A model generated the notes under the pieces. It was not told the origin of the DNA. It worked only from the letters and a program-made list of their open reading frames with translations, and ran no database searches. A stretch of 63,758 bases of DNA, filler included, from Kipferlia bialata (taxonomy: Eukaryota), in assembly GCA_003568945.1 (NCBI GenBank). It is 5 parts of 5 records of this genome, joined end to end, with 100 filler letters (N's around TTAATTAATTAA, not from the genome) between each part and the next. Parts side by side here need not be neighbours in the genome. Positions count along the whole stretch, not along the records: positions 47,068 to 54,218 come from BDIP01000305.1; positions 54,319 to 59,109 come from BDIP01000309.1; positions 59,210 to 63,758 come from BDIP01000328.1; 2 more parts are not named here. The stretch is one strand, 5' to 3'. Position 1 is the first letter of the stretch. The number at the start of each line of letters is the position of its first letter. This document shows positions 50,345 through 62,534 of the stretch, in pieces. The position numbers and the translations under genes were made by a program.

Positions 50345-50375
<31 letters not shown>

Positions 50376-53300
50376 CCACCTGGGTCGAATGCCGCTGCCA
50401 GCCCCCAGAGGTCCATGGCCGTCTCGTCCTGCTCTGTCTCTGTCTCGGCAGAGGGGTCGGTGTAGTTGGCGTCGATGTACAGAGAGAAGGTGTCGCTGGG
50501 GGTCAGGGGTATCCAGCTACTACTAATACAAACACTATGCATACATTCATACATATATACATCCACCACCCCACCCCACCTGTCTGTCAATGGCAGCCCT
50601 GTGTCCATGAGGCCATCCAGCAGGGCACAGGCCGTGATGGTGATGACCTAGGGGGTCAGGGTATACAGGTGTTTAGTAGTATATGTATCTACAAACATAT
50701 ATCATACACATCTAGCACACCCCACCTGCTCTGCGTAGTCTGCCACGTCCTCAGCTGCCACCCCCACCAAGTGGTACGCACCCTCGTCTGCCGTGCCCTC
50801 ATCAGGCTGTGCGTTGGTGGCTGTCAGTGCATACAGCACCGTATCTGCCTCATAGTCCACCCCCATGGCATCGTATATGGCCACCTTGTCAGCGTCTCCC
50901 ACCGTCTCCACAGCAGTGAACTCCTCTCCATCACTCTCTCTCCACCAGTTGTCGGTGTCGTCTGTCAACTCACCAAAGACAGACGCAGCTAGGGAGTCGG
51001 AGACATACGGCCTGGGGGTCAGGGTACATGTATATGTGTGGGTAACTATACATAGAGTCCCCCTCCATACACCCTTCTATCAGTGCTTTAATACCTGTAT
51101 ATGAGGACCCTTCCTGGACATGCACTCATGGAGTAACACACATCACCATCCGTGGCAGCCTGGGGGTGAGGGGGGGGGACGACAAATCAGTCTGGATTCT
51201 GGACTCCTGATGATATACATACACATACACTATGATAAGTAATCATACGAAAAAATATTACACCCACCTGCTCTGTGACGAGTAGTTCATCCTCTTCGGC
51301 ACATTCAATGCCCAGACCAGGCACATAGCCCTTGCCTGGGGATAAGACAGGAAGTGGTGTAAGACACAAGCATGAGCCCACATATACACCCTTGCACATA
51401 TACATGAATGCCCCACCTGCTGTGACTACACAGCCTGTTGGCATCTCTATGAGTCTGATAGCAGAGACTGAGGTGGAGTCATCTGGGGCCAGGGACCAGC
51501 CGCCTGACAGTGAGGGGGGATACTTCTACTATATATATATATATATATACATGAGTGGGGTATATTCTAATACCTGTTGTAGGCAGCCTGCCCTTAGCCC
51601 CCCAGCACCCACTGCTGTCCGATGACCACAGACTGGACCCGTCGAGTATGGCATACTCCCTGGCACCCACTATCACTGTGGAGGTGGGGGTGGCCATGGC
51701 AGAGCACTCCACGCCTGGGGTTGACACAGAGGGGGGACACATGGACAGTGTAGGTATAAACATAAACACGTCCTCCCCACCTATCTCCTCCTCGAAATCC
51801 TACATATACACAAATATACAAACACACACACATCCACCCTGTACCTGCCTCCTCCTCGACGTCCTCCAGGCCGTCCTCCCCCTCCCCTGCGTTGTCTGCC
51901 TCGTCGTCACCCCCAGTCAGCACGTCTTCCACACAGTCTGCTAGGAGGACATCCGTGTAGCCCATCTGCTCACACAGCAGGGTGGCAGCTGGGGTGGGGG
52001 GGGGGGGACCTGATACACACATATATATATATATATACATATCTATATCTCATACACACCCACCTGCCTCCTCTTCCGGGTCCTCGTCCGGGTCGTCCCC
52101 CTCATCATCAACGACCACCAGTTCCTCGGGGTCATAGCACCTGGGGTGAGGGACAGGGGGAGGAAATATATACATAGACAACCACATGCACCCATCCCCC
52201 CCACCTGTCGAGCTCTCTGTCTGCCCAGAAGATGGAGCAGTAGGGCTCACCGTCTGCTGCATAGTAGGAGCCCAGCTCACCTGGGGGTGAGGCACACATC
52301 AACTACTAATATATATACACACGTATTGAGAACACCCAATCTGCACCTGCGTATCTGTTGCTGGGTAGGGATGCCTCTGTCCCATCTGGGAGGGTGAGGT
52401 CTGAGTGGTCATCGCTGAACCTGCCGCACAGCCCATACATGCCATACACATCCTCCTGGAGGGACACATACACCTGCCAGTAGGACTGGAAGGACGACCT
52501 GAGGTGGGGGGGGGAGAGAGAGAGGGCATGTGCAAGTCCACCCACCTCCTGAGCTGTAGGGTGAGTGTGGCACCCCCGAATGTGAACACGTCATCCTGGG
52601 GCCCTAGGGAGTACTCGACGTAGGTACTCCCCTTCCACCACTTGGACACCTGGGGGGTGGGGGAGGGGATGGATATACATTTGTGTTTGCATGGATATGT
52701 GAACAGGAGAGGATAAAGACCGGGTGGGATTGTTTGTAACTACACAACCCATGCATACCTTTGTGAGTGCGAGTGTACTACCACATGTAGTACCCTCCAG
52801 TAGGTCAGGGAAGTCTGCGCTGCTCTTTCCCACCCCGTCCTCATTCACTATGACAGTGGGGTCACCCCAGTAGGTGGACGGGGCGTGGACCTGGGGTCAG
52901 GCAGGGTGGGTATATATATAGTCTGCTGTACTGCAGAGGGATATACACACCCAATACACTTGCAGATATATATATAATACTGGGGGGGGGGGGGGTGATG
53001 TATATACATAGAGTACACACACCTCGATTGTGCAGTCGTCCCCGTTGTCCTGGAACACCCTCATGGCAGCCTGTGCGTTGACGGTGGGGCTGCCAGAGTA
53101 GTTCTTCCACTTCGACATGTACGTCTGGATGGCCATGCCTGGGTGAGGGGGAGGTATATATTGAGAGAGAGAGTGTGTGTGTATGTATATCTCACATATC
53201 CATACCGTAGCTGGTGTATATGTTGTCGTCGGGGTCGATGTACCCCATCATGTGGGGGCCAGCACCGTAGTAGTTGTATCTCAGGCCCTTGTACGAACGG

Positions 53301-53852
53301 TAGTGGGGGTCGCCTGAGGGTCAGATATGCACATATAATTCATAGTGTAGGGATAAACTCACTATACCCCACCTGTTGCCTTACACACTGCTGTCCGGGG
53401 GCTGCTCTTGACCAGCAGGACCCTGGCATACCCATGCCCAGCACAGTACGCATACTTGTTGTGGTGGGGGTCCCACCGCTTGACAGCATGGTGCCTGGGG
53501 TGGGGTGGGGTATATACATATAGACCTACATATGCATAGATAGAGAGAGAGACACACACCCTGACAGCATGGTGCCTGGGGTGGGTGATATATTATGTAT
53601 GTGTAAACAATCATATACACACAACAGGACAAACACACATCGACCCTACACCGCCCCACCTGCTGCCTGTGCACTTAGAGCTTGAGTACGGCACCCTGCC
53701 CCCACCCCCACTGCCACACAGACACTGGCCTGGGGTGAGAGGGACACGGGTGTATATATATATATATATGAATGCACAAGTACCATGTCACACAGACACT
53801 GGCCTGGGGTAAGGGGGGCAGAGGTATATACCCACATATACATAAGTGGTGA

Positions 53853-53889
<37 letters not shown>

Positions 53890-54157
53890 AGTACCATGTC
53901 ACACAGACACTGGCCTGGGGTAAGGGGGACACGGGTAGAGACATGCATATACATATATGCACAAGTACTATGTGCACACAGAAAATGGCCAGTGGAAGGG
54001 GGTGATGAATGAATATGCCAAGTGATACACATGCATCCACTAGGGTATGTTGGCCCAATGTACCTCCGAATGCGTACTGCTGGGCACACGCCACAAAGGA
54101 CGGGTGGTCCTCATCGGCTAGTACCCACCCGTCTGGCAGGTAGAAGGGGCGGGACCT
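47673..54157 (-). CDS. Type I membrane protein with two von Willebrand factor type D (VWD)-like domains, about 28 exons, 5'-incomplete
   Basis: GDPHYRSYKGLRYNY (~53300)...MYGLCGRFSDDHSD (~52420)...TLLCEQMG..ADCVEDV. Second copy SGDPHLQTLMGHYYDY (~49260)...GLCTGC..TTLCEATG..SCIYDAM. TM WYYIGGATLTAIGVLVGGAYYL, then a basic tail; stop at 47673. Confidence 0.78.
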
Positions 54158-54218
54158 GGGGGGAGGGGGGGGGGGGGTGATGGGGGTATACACATATACA
54201 ACAAACACAATGTCCCTC

Positions 54219-54318
54219 NNNNNNNNNNNNNNNNNNNNNNNNNNNNNNNNNNNNNNNNNNNNTTAATTAATTAANNNNNNNNNNNNNNNNNNNNNNNNNN
54301 NNNNNNNNNNNNNNNNNN
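54219..54318. other. Artificial contig linker
   Basis: N44-TTAATTAATTAA-N44. Confidence 0.97.
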
Positions 54319-54368
<50 letters not shown>

Positions 54369-54726
54369 TATATCGTGTGGTATTACAGCTAATAACTTCG
54401 ACCGAACACATATAGAGACCTACACAGACTGTATGCGGCCATACTAATACACTATCAACAAGAAGGAAACCACTACCTGAGTCTCTATCTCTCGTGATAC
54501 TGCCTGGGTGTCAATACCGAGTATCAGGCTCTCCTCAGAGAGGTCTGACAACTCGGGTATGGACATTGCCCCAGTATTGGGCACCGTATCAGTGCTCAGG
54601 TATATAAATAGAGAGGCAGCAGAGGCATGTGCCAGGCCAGAGTATTTGCTCAATATGAGAAAAACACATAAGGGTGCAGCACCATGAGATATTGTGGAGA
54701 CCCTCCCTCTCTGACTCCATACTCCA

Positions 54727-57700
54727 ATGGAGCTTGGGCACACCTTAGATGGTGCTGGCTATAGTGGCACCAGCGGTGTCACCTTTGAAGACACTCAGGG
54801 GTACCCCGTGTCGCTTGCCGATGGTGTGTTTGTGCCCCCTCCCTCTGTGTCTAGGATGCACGTCCTAGGATATGCCGCAAACACAGTGTATCTCTTCGAG
54901 GCTGACACTGGCATGTGTGTCTGGGAGACAGACCTGAGTCCCTACTACAGCCAGGTGGTTGAGGCCGGCCGTATCCGCCGTCTGGTGCGTGCCAAGGCAG
55001 GTCAGCTGCACAGGGTGGTGTGGACTAGGTGTGGTGTGGTGGTTGGTGTGCAGAGCGCCAAGGGAGCCTTTGTGATGGTGCTCGACACCCTCTCTGGCAT
55101 CCCCCGCTGCGCCATGAACCTAGTTGTCCCTTCTGCCGTCACCTGTGCCTGTGTGGGTACCAGTGGCAACACTGTTATGGTGGGCACTGAGAGTGGGGAT
55201 GTCCTGGAGATACCCGGCTTCCCAGAGGACGCAGAGGAGCCCGAGGAGCAGGGCATGGTGGTGCTGGACCCCGTGCACTACCCGTCCCGTGTGCACCTGC
55301 CTGCCCCCATCTCTCTGCTATGCCCCACTGTGCTAGGGTGTGCTGGGGCTGTGCGCTCCCTATCGGCTGAGGTGTCGCCCCTCCACCTCTCCATCCTCCC
55401 CACGGATATACCCATTGCCTATGCCCCCCTCCCCTCCCCCTGTGTGCTTGTGACCACCCCTACCGAGGGCCACATGGCTGTGTCTAGAGAGGGAAGGGTG
55501 CCCATATCGAGGTCCCCACTCTCTGCCCACCTCATGTCTCTTGCCTATGAGCTAGATGGGTCTGACGTGCATGGCGCCATGTTCTCTGTAGGAGGTGTAT
55601 CCAGCCCTGTCCCCTCTGTCTCTGCCGATGCCAAGAAGGCTAGACACGAGGCCACATTCCCAGTGGCCGTGCTGCTCTCTGACACACACTCACCCCTATC
55701 CATGGTACCTGCCCAGAGGGATGGACACAGGGGCGTCATATGTGCCGGTGTGGCCGAGGAAGTGGTGGTTAGACACCGTGTGGGCATAGATGATGTGGGT
55801 ATGGACCAGGCCATGGGTGCAGACACAGAGGGAGACCTCTCCATGTCCACAGTGCTGCAGTGCCTGGCACCCCTGGACGACCTGCCCCTCGCTGTGTCCT
55901 GCCACTGCCCCGTGCTGCACAGGTATTAATAATGTAATACGGATAGTATAGTACACATTGCTCTCTATACATATGTGTGTCGTGTCATTGAAACCACCTC
56001 TCACTCCCAGGTCTGGTGTCTCCCGCCAGTGCCTGCTCTCCCCTGATGCCGCCATGCTCCAGTCCCTGGCCTCCCCCTCCACCTCTCCCTCTCTGCCCCC
56101 CCTCGTGTCCCTCCCTGGCGTTCTGTCCCAGGCTGGCCTCATGACCCTGGAGCCTCTTAGAAGGGGCCATGCCAGCACCCACCCCGAGGACTGGGAGGGG
56201 GATGCCTTTGCTGTAGGTGTGGCATGTATGCTGCTGTGTGGTGGAGACGGGGGGGAGGCCGGACAGGGCAGGGCTCTCTTGTCTAGACTGGTCTCTGGTA
56301 GGGACAGGGACGGAGCCTTCTCCTGCCCCAACATCAGGCCCCTACACCGTGCCCTAAGGACTCTGCTGCAGTGCCTGACATCCTGGGTGCAGCAGGGGGG
56401 ACTGGACACCCTGGCCGGCACAGATGTTGACGCCCCCTGCCCCCACCTCTCTCTGGCAGTGTCCGCTGGCTGGCTGGTGTCCATGCTGATAGAGGAGAGG
56501 GAGAGCGCATCCACCTCCCTGCACACTCTGAGGAGTCGCTTTGAGTGCCTTGCCATGTCCATCCACACCCTGAGGGCAGAGGGTGCCCAGGCCTCCCTCC
56601 CGCTCCATGCCTCTGAGGCTGTGGCTGAGGTGGTCAGGGGGTGGTGTGCATGCTCAGACCCTTCTACACTGGCCCCCTGCCCTCCCCCCTCAGACATACC
56701 AGACACACTCCCATCGGTCGAGGCCTGCATAGCCTCCCTGGCATCCTGCTCCCTGCCCCCCACCCAGGCATCGGTATCCCTCTCTGCCCTAGCCAGAGGG
56801 GCTGCCCTCGACAGAAGGGGCCTGGTCCCTGTGCCCCTGGCCCTCCTCCTGTGCTGCGGGGTGTCCCACTCCCATGCCGCCTCACTAGTGGCCAGGGTGG
56901 GACTGCCGAGCAGAGAGGCAGAGGCTGTGCTGCAGTGGGCAGGCATAGTCAGACTGGCAGAGGGAAGAGGGGAGGAGGTGAGTGACGATGACGTGGTTGT
57001 GCCCACCCTCCTGCCCCCCCTGCCTAACGCTGCTGACAGGGCACCCTTGGTATGTGCTGTTGCTGTCAGTCTACTGGCCAGGGGCATGCCCACAGCTGCC
57101 AACGCCACTCTCCGCCTCCTGTCTGACTCCCGCACTGCCACTCCCTCCTCCGATGTGAGTCTGGGTGTATGGGCGGCACTTCCATGCTGGTCTGTGACAG
57201 AGCTCAGGGTGAGACTGCTGCAGGCTGCTCACCGCCTGCCTGAGGCCCTAGCCGTCTGCAGGGAGTGGGTGAACACCGCCCTGCACCCCTATGGAGATGC
57301 CTCCCCTGATGTGAGAGAGGTGGGCCGTGCCCTCTCTGTCTACTTTGCAGTGGGACTGGACGGACCAGAGGCCAGGCGCCTCTTCACCTCCTGCCTCTCT
57401 GCCTCCCATGCTGGTGTCCTGCCCCTGTACTGTGTGGCCAGACCCAGGGTGTGCCACGTGCCATGTGTCACGGCCATGTGCAGAGGCGACATCCCCAGGG
57501 CAGTGGCACTATACAGATACGCTGTGCAGGGCCTGGCCGACAGACGCCTCCCCACCCCCACCCCCCTCGCCAGGACAGGCACCCTGGTGTCAGCAAGGCT
57601 GGCCTCTGTGCCTGCCCTAGGGGGTGTGTGGGCCAGGTCTGAGGTGACGCAGGGTGTGTGTGTGGAGTCGGTGGATGCATACATCGCCGAGGAGTGCGAG

Positions 57701-58615
57701 AGAGAGGTGGAGACCAAGGGCATGTGGGACAGTGACACCCAGACAGAGGGTGTGACCGACAGTGTGACTCAGTCACAGATGGATAGGACTGCTAGGCACA
57801 CAGACAGGGTGAGGCAGAGTGGCAGAGTGGGTGCCCCCACACCCTCTGTGAGACCCACCCACATGTCCTTTGCGGCACAGGCTGCCATAGCCACCACCCA
57901 CAAGCTCAACACCCCCGCTGCCGGTCTGGCCTATGCCGCCATGAGGGGTCTCCAGACACCCGGTGTCATGCTGTGCACACCCTGTCTGGGAGGTCTTGCT
58001 GGTGCCAGGGGGGGTATGGGGCACTCTAGGATGCTGACTGCCGCCCGTACCATGGAGCTGACTGCATCCCAGTCCTGCTCTGACTGGGACGGGGCCAACA
58101 GTGACACCACACCTGAGGTGACAGAGGCAACAGAGCTCACAGAGAGTGTGACTGATGTGGGCAGGACTGTGACCTGGGGGGCCACACCCCGTCCCTTCGG
58201 TGCCTCTGCCACTGGTGCCTCCCATGCCTATGGGGCATCGACCATGGGGGCAGTGTCCACACCTGTCTCTGTGGCAGCTGGGGTCCCAGTGCACAGGCCC
58301 ACCCCAGGCAGCACGTACGGTGCCTCAGCCCCTACTAGCGATGGTGGGGAGGGTATGGGTAGCATGGCCCAGGCACCCCCAGGGGGCATGCCCTTCATGA
58401 CACCCTTCACATTCAACAACGCCTCTCCCTTGCCGGCTGTCTCTCCCTTTGCCACCTCCCCTGTGCTGCCCCCCATACCCAGGATGGGCATGACATCACC
58501 CTCGGTGGCACCTCCCACCATGCCCCCCGCGGCACAGACGCAGTCCCTAAAGAGACCTGGGTCCAACCTGCCAGGCAGGAGAAGTAGCCTCAGGTCCAGC
58601 TACATGGTGGAGTAG
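54727..58615 (+). CDS. Large two-exon protein (intron 55923-56010): beta-rich N-terminus, helical middle, disordered TP-rich tail; ELYS/HOS1-like candidate
   Basis: ORFs 54727-55929 and 55958-58615 join in phase 2 (CAC AG|gtatta...ctcccag|G TCT). The ELYS assignment rests on architecture and helical motifs only. Confidence 0.7.
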
Positions 58616-58822
58616 TGATCGGAATATATAAATAGATTTCATTTATTCAGGCATATCTTGAAGTAACTTCCCCTCAGGACCTTGAAGGATGTGGGATGTG
58701 ATATATAGTACTTGGGTTAGAGATGCTAGCAAATCGAGTAGATTACTGGGGCGGAAAAACGACGGCACCCTTTTGTCACCCCTCGACACAGGAAGTGACT
58801 ACCTTCCTTGTGACCTTACTGT

Positions 58823-58993
58823 ATGCGTGAGATCATCACGGTACAGCTTGGCAATGCCGCCAACCACGTTGGTTCCCACTTCTGGAACATGCAGTACGCT
58901 GAGTTTCTGTCTGGGTCTGTCAACTACCACTTTGACCACGACACTGTGTTCCACTCAGCCGAGACAGGGGGGAGGGCCATGCTCTACCCAAGG
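58823..58993 (+). CDS. MSTO1: Misato/DML1 tubulin-like protein, first exon
   Basis: MREIITVQLGNAANHVGSHFWNMQ...DHDTVFHS..YPR is the Misato segment-II pattern (HFWNxQ rather than tubulin GNQIG..FWE); GTGAG donor, then contig end. Confidence 0.8.
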
Positions 58994-59109
58994 GTGAGGG
59001 AGGAGTGGTATATTCCTATGCATGTACATGCTTCGATATGGTAGAGGAGTGTTGTAGGGGGGGGGGGGGGGGCTGAGAGGGGAGAGGATGTACAATGGGC
59101 TGACTGAAG

Positions 59110-59209
59110 NNNNNNNNNNNNNNNNNNNNNNNNNNNNNNNNNNNNNNNNNNNNTTAATTAATTAANNNNNNNNNNNNNNNNNNNNNNNNNNNNNNNNNNN
59201 NNNNNNNNN
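59110..59209. other. Artificial contig linker
   Basis: N44-TTAATTAATTAA-N44. Confidence 0.97.
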
Positions 59210-59256
59210 GGGGGGGGCGAGTGGGGGGGGGGGGGGGGGGTGCAGCATGACCCGTA

Positions 59257-59643
59257 CCACAGACAGAGCTCAGAGGGAAGTCATCGCCGAAGAAGTGTCT
59301 CAGACAGTCAGTGGCCTAGAGGTCAGAATTCAGATAGGCCTTCGGAGTGATGGATACATACAGTGCAGCAGGGTAGGCTCAAACTGAGCATACACTTGCA
59401 ATATCAGTAGAGAGTCATAGCACCGTCTGCATAGCCAAGATACATATCCAAAGAGGTGGTGGGGAATGTGTATAACCTGCACTCTAACTAAAAATAGTCT
59501 CTGCACATACGTTCCAGAGTCGCACTCTATATGACATTAGAAACGCCCACAACCCATACCTCCTGGAGAGAGAGTGTTCCATCTCCATCTGTGTCGATGG
59601 CATCGAACTTCTTGGCAAGCGAGGTCTTTGTAACCACAACCAT
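59257..59643 (-). CDS. EF-hand protein, first two exons
   Basis: MVVVTKTSLAKKFDAIDTDGDGTLSLQE contains a canonical DxDxDG..S..E loop; spliced to ATDCLRHFFGDDF. Confidence 0.7.
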
Positions 59644-59798
59644 TTCGAGAGAGTGAGTAGAGAGACGATGATCGTCGAAACGAGAGATGGACATGTTTTT
59701 TATTAACCCTTTAGTCAGCGTATTGAACACGCCAGTTGTCTGCTCCTAGACTACTCTATGAGGCTCTGTCCTTAACGCAGATGCTCCACCCGGTATTC

Positions 59799-61233
59799 TT
59801 ACGCCCTATCATCTGCCACGTCCATCACGGGACCCCCGCTGACTGTGCTGTCGGAGGGGGGGAGGGGAAGGTCACCTGGGGTCAGTTATGCTGCATATGC
59901 CTGCTGTACTAGAGGAGACATGCATAGATATCTAAGAGAGTGGGTAATGGCAGCCATATGTGTGTATAAGGTACCCTACCTGGTGCAGATAGGGTGGTGC
60001 GCACTGTCTCGGACTCGCCAGCTCTACCTGGCGGTGAGGGGTATAGAAAGTGAAAGACATGACACAGTGAGAATGAGATACTCATTCAGAGGAGACACTC
60101 CCTCACCTGTGAGGTAGTACCCGTCAGTACTGACTGGAGAGGGGGAGGGAGGGGGAGGGGTCTCGTCACCACGGATCTCGTGTCTGAGTTAGATGTGTGA
60201 TATTATTGTCGAGCACTGTTGATATCCCCTCACGCTTCTCACCTGCACTTCCATACTATGACCCCCAAGTATATGTACAACAGTTATGCATAATGGTACC
60301 GAATGTTTTCCTACTCCCCTCTCACCTGTACTTCCAGGCTATGAACACCACCAGCACCCCCAACAGCACAGCGGCAACGATGCCCAGAATGGGGAACAGA
60401 ATGGCAATCCAGTTCTGGAGGTGAGTGAGGGTAGGGTGCAAGGTCATTAAATGGATGTAAAGAGCTAGTAGAGACCCCGGTTGATAGAATGCATATACAT
60501 ATATATACATATACACTCACATCTGCCAGGTCGAACTCTGCCATGATGAACCCCCAGAGTAGTGCAATGATCATGGGGAAGGCAGTGGCCCTGACCACGT
60601 TGGGGATCAGAATGACAGGCCTGGGGTGAAAGGTGAATATCTATAGCATATATATATATACATATATTTACAATTGTACCTGATCATGGGCAGTGTCTCA
60701 CTGACCGTTGCCTTGAGTTCAGACACAGCCTCGGTGGCAAGAAGATACCCAAACAGGGCATTGATGGTGCCTGGGGTTGGACACACAACATATATTCACA
60801 GTATACATATATATATATATATACATTATACATATCTATATGTATGTGAGTAAGTCAGATACCCAAACAGGGCATTGATGGTGCCTGGGGTATAATATTG
60901 CATATACACCGTATATATATATATATATATATATACTACTCCTCCACATACATATATGTCAGTCAGTCAGATACCCAAACAGGGCATTGATGGTGCCTGG
61001 GGGTTAGATATCAAATCAAGAGTGAATCACAGAGTCAACTGATAGACAGTCATCATCAGAGAATAAGTGTACATACACACACGTACAGTTGTATGCCGTG
61101 ACTGATATCACACAGACACACACACACATATATATATATACATATACTTCTATATATAGCAATGAGTACGTACAGTTGTATGCCGTGACTGATGCTATGA
61201 CTATGTTGAGGATGGGCACGGCATAGGCCTGGG

Positions 61234-61272
<39 letters not shown>

Positions 61273-61977
61273 GGCACGGCATAAGCCTGGAGGGAGGAAG
61301 GGAGAGAGAGAGAGAGAGAGAGAGAGGATGGGCACGGCATAGGCCTGGAGGGAGGAAGAGAGAGAGAGAGAGAGAGAGAGGAGAAAGAGATATGGGGGAG
61401 AGAGGGAGAGAGAGACTTGAGGATGGGACGGGAACGGCATGGGCCTGGGGTGAGAGAGAGGGGAGGGGGGAGAGATAGAGGGGGGAAAGGGAGTATGGAG
61501 AGACTACTAACCTACGGTATAGGAGATGGATGTATGACGTAGCGAGAGAGAGAGAGAGGGTCGTACCACCAGCCCCTCGTTGGTCTCTCCTGTGAAGAAG
61601 AACTCTCTCAGACCCACATAGCCTAAAAGATGAGAGAATGATAGAGGCTACAACAGATATTTAGAGTACATAGTGTATATGGATGCTGGTGTCTGTGATA
61701 ATGTAGCGACAATATACTATACCTAGCACAAACAGAGCAGCTGCGTTGAGCAGGTTGTCGATCCTGGAGATGAGGGCAATCTCCTGGGGTTAGAAGAGAT
61801 GGAGATCGTCCTATATGAATACACATAATTCATACTGCCCGCACCTGGTGCTCTGCCCTCTCAACTTGGTAGAAGGCAAAAGCTTAGATATACATATACT
61901 GATACATGTACAAGATGAGACAATCTCCATACCTGGTGCTCTGCCCTCTCAATCTTCCATCTCGCACTCTCACTCAT
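59799..61977 (-). CDS. Hypothetical multi-pass membrane protein (about 4 TM, about 10 exons); start uncertain
   Basis: Phase-compatible exons MSESARWKIERAEHQ / EIALISRIDNLLNAAALFVLG / YVGLREFF / AYAVPILNIVIASVTAYN / TINALFGYLLA / PVILIP..IIALLWGFIMA / NWIAILFPILGIVAAVLLGVLVVFIAWKY / ..DVADDRA*. Confidence 0.65.
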
Positions 61978-62534
61978 CGCAAGTGAGGTCTAGTGTAGTG
62001 GATATGCAGTCTGTGTGTGGCACTCTAGGTATCAGGGTCACTATAGAGCCACTGTCATCCATGGACCATGGGACACCATCTCCTGGCCTAGGAATGGGCG
62101 CACTCTCTACAGTAAACTGAGGGCCAAATTAAATTAATACAATCGGCATCAGCATCATATTCAATGCCTCCGGTGAGACTGTAGAGAGGCTAAGGTCATT
62201 ACTGTTGAGCTTCATCTTGAGGCAACGATACGCGAAATAGGGGTCTAGGTATGTGTTTTGGTTGTTCTGGTCATTTCATCACTTGTGGGATGAGATCAAG
62301 GCTTTCTATTCTTCCCATGCAATCATCGAATGACAGAGAAGCCTTAGCTGTTGGTGATAGTCATATAAGCCGGGGTAACGCTCAATAATATGATATATGG
62401 CTATCCATAGACTCTAACCCTTTAGTTTCAGTTGTGTTTGGCATCCCTTTATTGTCAACTGTTCAAATAGACTCATCCTCTTCTGGAGACCCACTGACAG
62501 ATACCATTTGACGCAAGAGTAAAGCACATCTACA

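Noticed and set aside
55696..57141. Long antisense ORFs (also 1320-2168, 4562-5578, 50210-50992)
   Set aside because: Shadows of GC-rich coding strands with no recognisable motifs.
58823..58993. Alpha/beta/gamma-tubulin (MREI start)
   Set aside because: HFWNMQ and DHDxxF are Misato-type; the GQCGNQIG motif is absent.
23436..59209. TTAATTAATTAA palindromes inside N runs as biological sites
   Set aside because: Identical 100-bp six-frame-stop linkers; adjacency across them carries no meaning.
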